The position numbers and the translations under genes were made by a program. Of a stretch of 64,000 nucleotides of DNA, positions 49,856 to 58,448 are shown piece after piece; the first letter of the stretch is position 1; each line of letters begins with the position of its first letter. The DNA is from Gaiellaceae bacterium (GTDB taxonomy: Bacteria > Actinomycetota > Thermoleophilia > Gaiellales > Gaiellaceae). Location: positions 884 through 64,883 of the forward strand of contig DASUAX010000089.1 in assembly GCA_035763525.1 (NCBI GenBank), written 5' to 3'. The notes beneath the pieces are model-generated. The model was given only the letters and a program-made list of their open reading frames with translations, had not been told where the DNA came from and made no database searches.

Positions 49856-50970
49856 TGGCGACCGACCGGGACTACTACGAGATCCTCGGCATCGACCGCG
49901 GCGCCGACGACCGGACGATCAAGAAGGCGTTCCGCGGTCTCGCCCGCAACCTCCACCCGGACGTCTCGAACGAGCCGGACGCCGAGGCGCGCTTCCGCGA
50001 GGTGACCGAGGCGTACGAGGTGCTCTCGAGCTCGGAGACGCGCACGCTCTACGACCGCTACGGTCACGCCGGCCTTCGCTCCGGCGGCTTCACACCGACC
50101 CAGTTCGACCTCGGGGGGCTCGGTGACCTGTTCGCGGCGTTCTTCGGCGACGACCTGTTCGGCGGGATGCGCGGCGGCGGCACCCGGCGCGGCGCCGACG
50201 TCGCCGCGGAGGTGGAGATCGAGCTCGTCGAGGCCGCGCGCGGCGCAACCGTCCAGGTCCCGTTCGAGGTCGCGGTCGCGTGCGCACGCTGCGGCGGCGA
50301 CGGCCTCGAGCCGGGCACGACTCCACTTCGCTGCGACCGCTGCGGCGGGAGCGGTCGCCTGCAGCAGGTGTCGCGCAGCGTCTTCGGCGAGTTCGTGCGC
50401 ACGGCCGCGTGCCCGGCGTGCGGCGGCCGCGGTGTCGTCGTCGAGCATCCGTGCTCGGAGTGCGACGGCGCGGGTCGGACGGTCGAGCGCGAGCCCGTCG
50501 ACGTCGACGTGCCCGCGGGGATCCACGACGGGCAGCGCATCCGCCTCTCCGGCAAGGGGCACGCAGGCGCGCACGGCGGTCGCGCCGGCGACGCATACGT
50601 GCTCGTGCACGTGAAGCCGGACCCGCGGTTCGTGCGCGAGGGGAACGACATCTACTCGCAGGTCGACCTGACGATCGTGCAGGCGGCGCTCGGCATGACG
50701 GTCGCGGTCGAGACGCTCGACGGGCCGACGGAGCTCGAGATCGAGCCCGGAGCGCAGCCGGGTGAGGTGCGGGTCCTGCGGGGCATGGGGATGCCGGTGC
50801 TCCAGGGGTTCGGCCGAGGCGACCACCGCGTGCTCGTGAACGTCTCGGTGCCGCGGCGCTTGAACGACGAGCAACGCCGCCTGCTCGAGGCGTTCGACGA
50901 GGCGAGCGACGAGCACACTTACCGCCACGACGAGAGCTTTTTCGACAAGCTGAAGAGCGCGTTCCGCTGA
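49855..50970 (+). CDS. dnaJ: molecular chaperone DnaJ
   Basis: 371 aa. J domain DYYEILGI...HPD, G/F region, and four CxxCxGxG zinc-finger repeats. Confidence 0.95.
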   Translation: MATDRDYYEILGIDRGADDRTIKKAFRGLARNLHPDVSNEPDAEARFREVTEAYEVLSSSETRTLYDRYGHAGLRSGGFTPTQFDLGGLGDLFAAFFGDDLFGGMRGGGTRRGADVAAEVEIELVEAARGATVQVPFEVAVACARCGGDGLEPGTTPLRCDRCGGSGRLQQVSRSVFGEFVRTAACPACGGRGVVVEHPCSECDGAGRTVEREPVDVDVPAGIHDGQRIRLSGKGHAGAHGGRAGDAYVLVHVKPDPRFVREGNDIYSQVDLTIVQAALGMTVAVETLDGPTELEIEPGAQPGEVRVLRGMGMPVLQGFGRGDHRVLVNVSVPRRLNDEQRRLLEAFDEASDEHTYRHDESFFDKLKSAFR

Positions 50971-50996
50971 GCCGCCTTCGCCGCGTCGCGATCGAG

Positions 50997-51728
50997 GTGG
51001 GCCACGAGCGGGCGGAGGAGGCCCGCGCGACGATGCTCGAGCTCTTCCCGGACGGATTCGAGGAGGTCGACCGGCCGGAGGGAGTCGAGCTCGCCGCGTA
51101 CACAGATGCGGCGGGCGAGGAGCGGGTGTGGGCGTTCTTCGGAGGAGCGCGCGCGGCCGACGTCGACGGCGGCTGGGAGGACAAGTGGCGCGCCTTCCAC
51201 CGCCCGGCGCGCGTCGGCCGCCTGTGGGTCGGCCCGCCGTGGGAGCGGCCCGATCCCGGCCTGGTCGCGGTCGTCGTCGACCCGGGGCGCGCCTTCGGCA
51301 CCGGCTCGCACCCGACGACGCTCCTCTGCCTCGAGGCGCTGCAGGAGCTCGAGCCGTCGTCGCTGCTCGACGTCGGCTGCGGGTCGGGAGTGCTCTCGAT
51401 CGCGGCGGCTCTGCTCGGCTTCGACCCGGTGCTCGGCGTCGACGTCGAGGGGCCGTCGATCGAGGCGACCCGCGTCAACGCGGAAGCCAACGGGGTCGTC
51501 GTCGAGGCGCGGCTCGTCGCGCCGGACGAGCCGCTCCCGCACGCCGGCGTCGCGGTCGCGAACATCTCCCTCGAAGCCGTGGAAGGGTTACCCGGACGGA
51601 TCGATGCCGGCATGCTCGTCACCTCCGGTTACTTCGCCTCGGAACACCCCGTCCTCGCCGGCTACGAGCACGTCCACCGACGTACCCGCGACGGCTGGGC
51701 GTGCGATGTCCATCGCCGCGCCGAGTAG
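50997..51728 (+). CDS. prmA: ribosomal protein L11 methyltransferase
   Basis: GTG 50997. Contains DPGRAFGTGSHPTT and LDVGCGSGVLSIAAA. Confidence 0.85.
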   Translation: MGHERAEEARATMLELFPDGFEEVDRPEGVELAAYTDAAGEERVWAFFGGARAADVDGGWEDKWRAFHRPARVGRLWVGPPWERPDPGLVAVVVDPGRAFGTGSHPTTLLCLEALQELEPSSLLDVGCGSGVLSIAAALLGFDPVLGVDVEGPSIEATRVNAEANGVVVEARLVAPDEPLPHAGVAVANISLEAVEGLPGRIDAGMLVTSGYFASEHPVLAGYEHVHRRTRDGWACDVHRRAE

Positions 51729-51749
51729 GCACGCACTACGATCCGCGCC

Positions 51750-52940
51750 GTGGCGACGTTCAGCGTCGACTTTCTCGGCTGCAAGGTCTCGCACGTAGAC
51801 GCGCACGAGGTGCGCGAGGCTCTCCTGCGCGACGGGCACACCGAGCGGCAGGGCGGCGACGTCGCCGTCATCAGCACCTGCTGCGTCACGAACGAGGCCT
51901 TCGCGAAGAGCCGGAAGGCGGCGGCGAGAGCGGCCCGCACACACGGCCGCGTCTACCTCACCGGCTGCGGTGCGAACCTGCGCAGCGACGCGTTCGGCGG
52001 CCTGCCCGCCAACGTCACGGTCGTCGCGAAGCGTCCGGAGGAGACGGCCGCGTACGTCGCCGGGGATGTCGGCGCGATCGGCTGCGTGCAGGCGGATGCT
52101 CGCATCGACCGCGTTCGTGCGTTCGTCAAGATCCAGGACGGCTGCTCGTTCTCGTGCAACTTCTGCGTCATCCCGCTCGTCCGCGGCAGCTCGCGCAGCC
52201 GCAGCGCCGGAGCCGTGCTCGGCGAGATTCGCCGGCGCGTCGCGCAGGGCCACCGCGAGGTCGTCCTCACCGGGATCAACCTCGGCTGCTTCCGTGACCG
52301 CGCCCTCGGCTACGACCTGCCGCGCCTCGTCCGTGAGGCGGGCGTGACCCCCGGGCTCGAGCGGCTTCGGCTCAGCTCGATCGAGATCAACCACGTGAGC
52401 GAGGCGCTCGTCGCGGCCCTCCGCGAGACGCCGACGGCGAGCAGGCACCTGCACGTCCCGCTGCAGTCCGGCGACGACGGCGTGCTGCGGGCGATGCGCC
52501 GCCGCTACACCGTCGACACGTACCTCCGCCGGCTCGCGCCCATCGCGGGCGAGTTCAACCTGACGAGCGACGTGATCGTCGGCTTCCCGGCCGAGGACGA
52601 GGCCGCTTTCGAGTCGACGCTGCGCACCGTGGAGCGCGCGGGGATCTCGAAGGTGCACGTCTTCCCCTACTCGCCGCGGCCGGGCACGGTCACGGCCGCC
52701 GACGACCCCGTGCCGCCGCGTGCGAAGAAGGAGCGAGGCGCCCGCCTGCGCGCGCTCTCGCACGAGCTCTGCGTCGCGCGGTGGCAGCGAAAGGACGAGG
52801 ACGTGGTCCTCGTCGACCGCCCCGGCCGCGGGTACGGCGACGACTACACGCCGTGGCTCGTCGACGCACCGGTCGGCGAGCTCGTGCGCGTCCGCGCCGA
52901 GCGCGTGACGGAGGAGGGGATACTTGCCCGAGCCGCGTGA
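51750..52940 (+). CDS. mtaB: radical SAM methylthiotransferase, MtaB-like
   Basis: 396 aa. N-terminal LGCKVS and TCCVT Cys triad plus the radical SAM motif CSFSCNFC. Confidence 0.85.
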   Translation: MATFSVDFLGCKVSHVDAHEVREALLRDGHTERQGGDVAVISTCCVTNEAFAKSRKAAARAARTHGRVYLTGCGANLRSDAFGGLPANVTVVAKRPEETAAYVAGDVGAIGCVQADARIDRVRAFVKIQDGCSFSCNFCVIPLVRGSSRSRSAGAVLGEIRRRVAQGHREVVLTGINLGCFRDRALGYDLPRLVREAGVTPGLERLRLSSIEINHVSEALVAALRETPTASRHLHVPLQSGDDGVLRAMRRRYTVDTYLRRLAPIAGEFNLTSDVIVGFPAEDEAAFESTLRTVERAGISKVHVFPYSPRPGTVTAADDPVPPRAKKERGARLRALSHELCVARWQRKDEDVVLVDRPGRGYGDDYTPWLVDAPVGELVRVRAERVTEEGILARAA

Positions 52941-53262
52941 GGACTGCCTGTTCTGCAAGCTCGTGCGCGAGGGAGACCACGTTCGCGCCGCCGACGGGTT
53001 CGTCGCGATCGCGGACATCCACCCTCAGGCGCCGACCCACCTGCTCGTCCTGCCCGAGCGTCACGTCGACACGTTCCGCGACGTGGCCGAGTTCCCGCCG
53101 GAAGAGGCGGCGCGCATGCTGGCGTTCGTGGCCGACACCGCGGCAGAATCGGGCTTGACGGACTACCGCGTGGTCGTCAACGTCGGCCCCGGTGGTGGGC
53201 AGACCGTGTTCCACCTCCACTGGCACATCCTCGGCGGCCGCCCGATGGGAGAGAAGCTGTGA
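52924..53262 (+). CDS. HIT-family (histidine triad) protein
   Basis: 112 aa with CLFCKL and the HLHWHILGG triad. Confidence 0.85.
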   Translation: MPEPREDCLFCKLVREGDHVRAADGFVAIADIHPQAPTHLLVLPERHVDTFRDVAEFPPEEAARMLAFVADTAAESGLTDYRVVVNVGPGGGQTVFHLHWHILGGRPMGEKL

Positions 53263-53702
53263 CGCTGATAACCGAGCTCGAGCAGGAGGTGAAGGACGCG
53301 ATGCGCGCAGGCGACGCGCCGCGCCGCGACGCGCTTCGCCTCATCCTCTCGAGCCTCAAGTCGGCGGAGAAGGACCTGCTGCGGCCGCTCACCGAGGACG
53401 AGGAGCTGCAGGTGCTCCAGCGCGAGCGCAAGAAGCGGATCGAGGCGGCCGAGGCGTTCAGGGGCGGCGGTCGCGAGGCGCAGGCCGAGAAGGAGGAGGT
53501 CGAGCTCGCGGTCCTCGAGGAGTTCATGCCGGAGCCGCTCACCGAGGAGGAGCTCGAGCAGATCCTCGACGACGCCATCGCCGAGAACGGGGCGACGAGC
53601 ATGCGCGACATGGGCCGCGTGATGAAGGACGTCATGCCGCAGATCGCGGGCAGGGCCGACGGCACCGCCGTCAGCCAGATGCTGCGCGAGAAGCTCGCGT
53701 GA
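53259..53702 (+). CDS. GatB/YqeY-domain protein
   Basis: 147 aa with LEQEVKDAMRAGD, RDMGRVMKDVMPQIAGRADG and full-length YqeY resemblance. Confidence 0.85.
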   Translation: MTLITELEQEVKDAMRAGDAPRRDALRLILSSLKSAEKDLLRPLTEDEELQVLQRERKKRIEAAEAFRGGGREAQAEKEEVELAVLEEFMPEPLTEEELEQILDDAIAENGATSMRDMGRVMKDVMPQIAGRADGTAVSQMLREKLA

Positions 53703-54250
53703 TCCGCCCGATCGACCTCGGCGCCTACGAAGGCTACGAGTACGAGGGCGACCCTGACCGCACCGCGATCATCCTGCCGGGGGCGATGCTCGGCGGGATG
53801 CCGGTCAACGCCTTCGTCGCGCGGCCGCTCTGGCTCGCGGGCTGGCGCATCGTGCAGGTGTGGGCCGACGCGCGCCACGTCGAGGAGCGAGAGCGCTGGC
53901 CGCTCGAGCTCGCCGAGGCCGCGCTCGGCTACGCGCGCGACGCCGCCTTGATCAGCGGCAAGTCCGCAGGCTCGCTCGCGGCGCCGTTCGCCGCCGAGCA
54001 CCGCTTGCCCGCGATCTGGACGACGCCGCTCCTCGGGCATCGCCGGTGCGCCGACGGTCTGCGGGCGCGCACCGCGCCCGCGCTCCTGGTCGGCGGCACG
54101 GCCGACGAGTCGTGGGACGGCGACCTCGCGCGCGAGCTCGGGGACGAGGTCGTCGAGCTCGAGGGCGCCGATCACGGGCTCGGCCGGATCGGTGATCTCG
54201 CGGAGCTCGAGCGCGCGGTCTCCGCGTTCTCAGGCCGCCTGCGGGCCTGA
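53699..54250 (+). CDS. small alpha/beta-hydrolase-fold protein
   Basis: GTG 53699 overlaps the yqeY stop. Has the GKSAG nucleophile elbow and a late GADHGL His motif. Confidence 0.6.
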   Translation: MIRPIDLGAYEGYEYEGDPDRTAIILPGAMLGGMPVNAFVARPLWLAGWRIVQVWADARHVEERERWPLELAEAALGYARDAALISGKSAGSLAAPFAAEHRLPAIWTTPLLGHRRCADGLRARTAPALLVGGTADESWDGDLARELGDEVVELEGADHGLGRIGDLAELERAVSAFSGRLRA

Positions 54251-55618
54251 GGCGACGAAGTCCCGGCGCCGGATCAGCGCCAGGGCCACGACCGCGCCGG
54301 CTGCGGCGACTCCCGTGCCGACGAGCAGGATGTCGTGCAGGCCGTGCACGAACGCCGCCGGCGTCCGAGCGTTCCCGGTCTTCGCCGAGAAGATCGCGCC
54401 CAGCGCCGCGATGCCCGTTGCGATCCCGATCTGGCGGAACGTGTTGTTGATGCCCGAGGCCATCCCGGCGCGCTCGACGCGCACCGTCGACACCGCCGTC
54501 GTCGCGAGCGGCGCGTTCACGAGCCCGATCCCGACGCCGCCGATCAGGAACCCGGGAAGCAGCACCGTCCAGTGTGAGCTCGTCGTGACGCGGCTCATCG
54601 TCCACATCGCGACCGCGTTCAGCGCGAGCCCTGTCCCGATCAGCGCGCGGATGGGAACGCGCGCGCTCAGCCGCCCCGCGAGCGGCGCCGCGAAGAACGA
54701 GAGGACCGACAGGGGGAGGAAGCGAACCCCCGTCTCGAGCGCGGACAGGTGGAGGATGTCCTGGAGGTACAGGGTCAGGTACAGGAACATCGAGAACATC
54801 GACGCCGAGATCGCGAACGCGGTCGCCTGGGCGCCGACGAAGGCCGGGCGGCGGAAGAGCGCGAGGTCGATCATCGTGTGCCCGCCCCGCGCCTGCGATG
54901 CGACGAACACGATCAGCGCGACCGCTGCGACCGCGAACAGCGCCAGGATGAGGGCGCTGGCCCAGCCGTGGGCGTTCCCCTCGATCAGCGCCAGGATCAG
55001 GCAGAAGAGGCCGATCGTGAACGTGACGAGACCGAACGGGTCGAGCCTGCTGTGCTCCGGGTCCTTCGACTCGTGCAGTTGGCGAACACCGAGCGCGATT
55101 GCGGCGACCCCGATCGGGATGTTGACGAAGAAGATCCACCGCCACGAGATCCACGACGTCAGGGCGCCGCCCGCAAGCGGTCCGATCGCGACCGCCGCGC
55201 CGATCACCGCGCCCCAGAGGCCGAATGCCGTGCCGCGCTCCTTGCCGTGGAACTCCTGCGAGAGCAGGGCGAGCGCGGTGGCGAACATCATGGCGCCGCC
55301 GATCCCCTGCAGGCCGCGGGCGATGATCAGGAAGAGCGGGTCGAACGCGGCGCCGCAGGCTGCGGAGGCGGCCGTGAAGAGCACGATCCCGAGCAGGAAC
55401 AGGCGCTTGCGCCCGAACAGGTCGGCGAGCGCTCCTGCGGTGAGGACGCACGTCGCCAGTGCGAGCGCATAGGCATCGACGACCCACTGCAGCTGCGAGA
55501 ACGACGCCGTCAGCGCATGCTGGATCGGCGGCAGCGCGACGTTCACGATCGTGATGTCGAGCAGCAACATGAAGGTCGCCGTGCAGACGGCGACCAGCGT
55601 CCACCACTTCCTCGCCAC
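54230..55618 (-). CDS. MFS transporter, DHA2 (14-TM, EmrB/QacA-like)
   Basis: 462 aa with LLDITIVNVALP, LADLFGRKR and 14 hydrophobic segments. Confidence 0.9.
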   Translation of the reverse strand: MARKWWTLVAVCTATFMLLLDITIVNVALPPIQHALTASFSQLQWVVDAYALALATCVLTAGALADLFGRKRLFLLGIVLFTAASAACGAAFDPLFLIIARGLQGIGGAMMFATALALLSQEFHGKERGTAFGLWGAVIGAAVAIGPLAGGALTSWISWRWIFFVNIPIGVAAIALGVRQLHESKDPEHSRLDPFGLVTFTIGLFCLILALIEGNAHGWASALILALFAVAAVALIVFVASQARGGHTMIDLALFRRPAFVGAQATAFAISASMFSMFLYLTLYLQDILHLSALETGVRFLPLSVLSFFAAPLAGRLSARVPIRALIGTGLALNAVAMWTMSRVTTSSHWTVLLPGFLIGGVGIGLVNAPLATTAVSTVRVERAGMASGINNTFRQIGIATGIAALGAIFSAKTGNARTPAAFVHGLHDILLVGTGVAAAGAVVALALIRRRDFVASGPQAA

Positions 55619-55640
55619 CGGGGCAACCTACACTGGGCGC

Positions 55641-57293
55641 GTGGAGCAAACGCTCTCGGTTTCCAACGCGGTGGCCGCCGAGCTCGCGGGGATCTCGGAC
55701 GGTGTTCTCGACGCGCTCAAGGAGCGCCTCGCGTGCAACGTCCGCCTGCGCGGGAACCAGCTGACGCTCGAGGGCGACGAGCAGCACGTGGAGAATGCCC
55801 GCGCCGTGATCGACGAGCTCGTCGAGCTGGTCGAGGGCGGGCACCAGATCGGCTCCCATACGGTCGACGCGGTGCTCGGCACGCTCGAGGCGGGCCAGGA
55901 CGTGCGCGAGGTGTTCGACGCGGTCGTCTGGCGGCACCGCGGCAAGAAGATCTCCCCGAAGACGGTGACGCAGAAGCGGTACGTCGACTCGATTCGCCGC
56001 TCCACGGTCACGTTCGGGATCGGCCCGGCAGGCACCGGGAAGACGTACCTCGCGATGGCTTTGGCGGTCGCCGCCCTGCACGAGCGAGAGGTGCAGCGGA
56101 TCATCCTGACGCGCCCCGCCGTCGAGGCGGGCGAGCGGCTCGGGTTCCTGCCCGGCGACCTGATGGCGAAGGTCGACCCGTACCTGCGCCCGCTCTTCGA
56201 CGCCCTCTACGACATGCTCGACCCCGACAAGGCGAACGCGTACATCGAGCGCGGCACGATCGAGGTGGCGCCGCTCGCCTTCATGCGCGGCCGCGCGCAG
56301 CCTTTGACGAGCGGCGTGTTGACGCCCGACGGCTTCCGACCCATCGGCGGCCTTCGCGTCGGTGATCTCGTGACCGGCTCGGACGGCCGGCCGACACCGG
56401 TGCTCGGCGTCTACCCGCAGGGGCGCAAGGAGGTCTTCCGGCTACGGACGCAGGACGGCGCCTCGACCCTTTGTTGCGGAGAGCACCTGTGGCAGATGGT
56501 GGACGGAAGCGTGCTCGAGACAGATGAGCTGCGGGACGGCCTGCGCCGCGGGGCGCAGTACGAGCTGCCGTTGCTCTCGGCGCCGGTCGAGTTCGATTCC
56601 ACGCACGTCCCGATCGATCGCCGCGCGCGTGGCGGCGCCGTGGCGACGATCACCCCGTCGGTCATGCGGAAGGAATCTCTGCGGGCCGCGCCCGTCGAGA
56701 GGATCGCGCTCCTCCAGGGGCTCCTCGACGGGGCCGGACGGGCGTCGGTCGGGTCGGCAGCCATGCGCGAACAGGTCGTCTACCTGGCGCGCTCGCTCGG
56801 AGGCGTCGCGACGTTCGAGACGGTGTCTGACGCCAAGGGTGTCAGACACCTGGTGGACGTTCGGCTGCCCGGCGCGGGTTCGCCGCCGAAGCGGTTCGTC
56901 GACTCGATCGAGCCGGCAGGCGAGGCGGAGACGGTCTGCATCCAGGTCGCTGCGGCCGACTCGCTCTATGTGACCGATGATTTCCTCGTCACGCACAACA
57001 CCCTGAACGACAGCTTCATCATCCTGGACGAGGCGCAGAACACCTCGCCGGAGCAGATGCAGATGTTCCTGACGCGGCTCGGATTCGGGTCGAAGATCGT
57101 CGTCACCGGTGACATCACGCAGATCGACCTGCCGCGCGAGTCGCGCTCCGGGCTCGTGCACGTGCGCGACGTGCTGCTAGACGTCGAGGGAATCCAGTTC
57201 GTCGAGTTCGGACACAAGGACGTGGTGCGTCACAAGCTCGTACAGCGCATCGTCGAGGCCTACAAGGAGCACACGGACGAGCGCAACACATGA
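55641..57293 (+). CDS. phoH: PhoH-family ATPase interrupted by an intein
   Basis: GTG 55641, the first start that avoids overlap with the MFS gene. Walker A GPAGTGKTY and LTRPAVEAGERLGFLPGD. FMRGR and TLNDSFIILDEAQN (Walker B) are separated by 235 extra codons. Confidence 0.9.
   Translation: MEQTLSVSNAVAAELAGISDGVLDALKERLACNVRLRGNQLTLEGDEQHVENARAVIDELVELVEGGHQIGSHTVDAVLGTLEAGQDVREVFDAVVWRHRGKKISPKTVTQKRYVDSIRRSTVTFGIGPAGTGKTYLAMALAVAALHEREVQRIILTRPAVEAGERLGFLPGDLMAKVDPYLRPLFDALYDMLDPDKANAYIERGTIEVAPLAFMRGRAQPLTSGVLTPDGFRPIGGLRVGDLVTGSDGRPTPVLGVYPQGRKEVFRLRTQDGASTLCCGEHLWQMVDGSVLETDELRDGLRRGAQYELPLLSAPVEFDSTHVPIDRRARGGAVATITPSVMRKESLRAAPVERIALLQGLLDGAGRASVGSAAMREQVVYLARSLGGVATFETVSDAKGVRHLVDVRLPGAGSPPKRFVDSIEPAGEAETVCIQVAAADSLYVTDDFLVTHNTLNDSFIILDEAQNTSPEQMQMFLTRLGFGSKIVVTGDITQIDLPRESRSGLVHVRDVLLDVEGIQFVEFGHKDVVRHKLVQRIVEAYKEHTDERNT
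56295..56999 (+). mobile_element. intein (class-3-like: Ala1, Trp66, Cys215, Thr233-His-Asn235, +1 Thr) with degenerate LAGLIDADG remnant
   Basis: The insert lies exactly between the conserved PhoH residues GR and TLND. It has Hint blocks A, B, F and G, ends in THN|T, and has ALLQGLLDGAG in the centre. Confidence 0.8.
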
Positions 57294-57357
57294 GCGTAGG
57301 CTCGACGGAGCTCATCCAGGAGCGGAGGTGCCGGCTTTGCCGGTGCCGGAGCGGGAC
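57294..57357 (+). repeat. intergenic repeat element (reference copy)
   Basis: GCGTAGGCTCGACGGAGCTCATC is identical over 21 nt to 13916-13936. CCGGCTTTGCCGGTGCCGGAGCGGG matches 17205-17229. Confidence 0.7.
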
Positions 57358-57735
57358 ATGATCTCGGTGGAGGTCTCGAACCGGAGCGGGGTGGAGGTCG
57401 ACGAGGCGGGAGCGGTCGAGCTCGCCGGACGCGTCCTTCACGCCGAGGGCGTCGGCGACGGCGAGCTCGGCATCGCGTTCGTCGGCCGGGAGGAAATGCG
57501 CGGGCTCAAGCGTGACCACCTCGGGGTCGACGAGACGACCGACGTGCTCTCGTTTCCGATCGACGGCCGCGACGAGCTGCCCGATGGAGTGCCGCGCGCA
57601 CTCGGCGACGTCGTCCTCTGCCCGCAGGTCGTCGGCGACGAGTGGCGCTGGCCGCTCGCGCACGGCCTCCTACACCTGCTCGGCTACGACCACGGCGAGG
57701 AGATGAGCGCACGTGAGGAGGAGCTCCTCGCATGA
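57358..57735 (+). CDS. ybeY: rRNA maturation endoribonuclease YbeY
   Basis: MISVEVSNRSG N-terminus and the zinc motif HGLLHLLGYDH. Confidence 0.9.
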   Translation: MISVEVSNRSGVEVDEAGAVELAGRVLHAEGVGDGELGIAFVGREEMRGLKRDHLGVDETTDVLSFPIDGRDELPDGVPRALGDVVLCPQVVGDEWRWPLAHGLLHLLGYDHGEEMSAREEELLA

Positions 57736-58448
57736 CGGCGCGGCGCGCGCCGACGATCATCGACTCGTTCAACTTCGCGTTCGAGGGGATCATCCACGTT
57801 CTCCGCACGCAGCGGAACCTGCGGATCCACTTCGCGATCGCGTTCGTCGTGCTGGTCGCGGCGCTGGTCGTGAACGTGACCAAGCTGGAGCTGATCGCGC
57901 TCCTCATCTCGGTCACGTTCGTGCTGATCGCCGAGATGCTGAACAGCGCGCTCGAGGCTGCGATCGACATCGCCACCACGTCGTTCGACCCGATGGCGAA
58001 GCTCGCGAAGGACATCGCCGCAGGCGCCGTCCTGATCGCCGCTGTCAACGCGGTCGCCGTCGGCTACCTCGTCTTCGCCGGCAAGGTCGCCGACCGCTCG
58101 GCGCACCTGCTCGACCGGCTGCGCGACGCGCCTGCGGAATTGACGCTCGTCGCGCTCGTGCTCACGCTCATCGTCGTGATCGCGACGAAGGCGTTCACGG
58201 GCCGCGGCACGCCGCTGCGGGGCGGCGTCCCCTCCGGGCACGCGGCGCTCGCCTTCGCCGGCTGGATGGCGGCCACGTACATCGCCGGGAACGATCACCG
58301 CTTCCTCGTCTCGTCGATCGCGCTGATCATGGCGCTGCTCGTCGCGCAGACGCGCGTCGAGTCGGGCATCCACTCGGCGCTGGAGGTCACCTACGGCGCG
58401 CTCGTCGGCACGCTCGCCACCCTCGTCGTCTTCCAGGTGTTCTCGTGA
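57732..58448 (+). CDS. dgkA: diacylglycerol/undecaprenol kinase (DgkA) fused to a PAP2 phosphatase domain
   Basis: The N-terminal 120 aa is a DAGK_prokar fold (IAEMLNSALEAAIDI, AKDIAAGAVL). The C-terminal part has PAP2 motifs (PSGH, TRVESGIHSALEV). Confidence 0.85.
   Translation: MTARRAPTIIDSFNFAFEGIIHVLRTQRNLRIHFAIAFVVLVAALVVNVTKLELIALLISVTFVLIAEMLNSALEAAIDIATTSFDPMAKLAKDIAAGAVLIAAVNAVAVGYLVFAGKVADRSAHLLDRLRDAPAELTLVALVLTLIVVIATKAFTGRGTPLRGGVPSGHAALAFAGWMAATYIAGNDHRFLVSSIALIMALLVAQTRVESGIHSALEVTYGALVGTLATLVVFQVFS

Noticed and set aside
57290-57361. Interpreting the Cys/Arg-rich mini-ORFs (MSVGSTELIQERRCRLCRCRSGT and the 46-aa relative) as RiPP or bacteriocin precursor peptides.
   Set aside because: The similarity is at nucleotide level (21/21 identical bases). 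The third copy does not keep the frame. No modification, export or immunity genes are adjacent.
57328-57735. ybeY starting at GTG 57328, and potC starting at ATG 17165.
   Set aside because: Both extensions consist of repeat-element sequence. The family-typical N-termini begin at ATG 57358 (MISVEVSN) and GTG 17240 (VRRHVLTAYA...).
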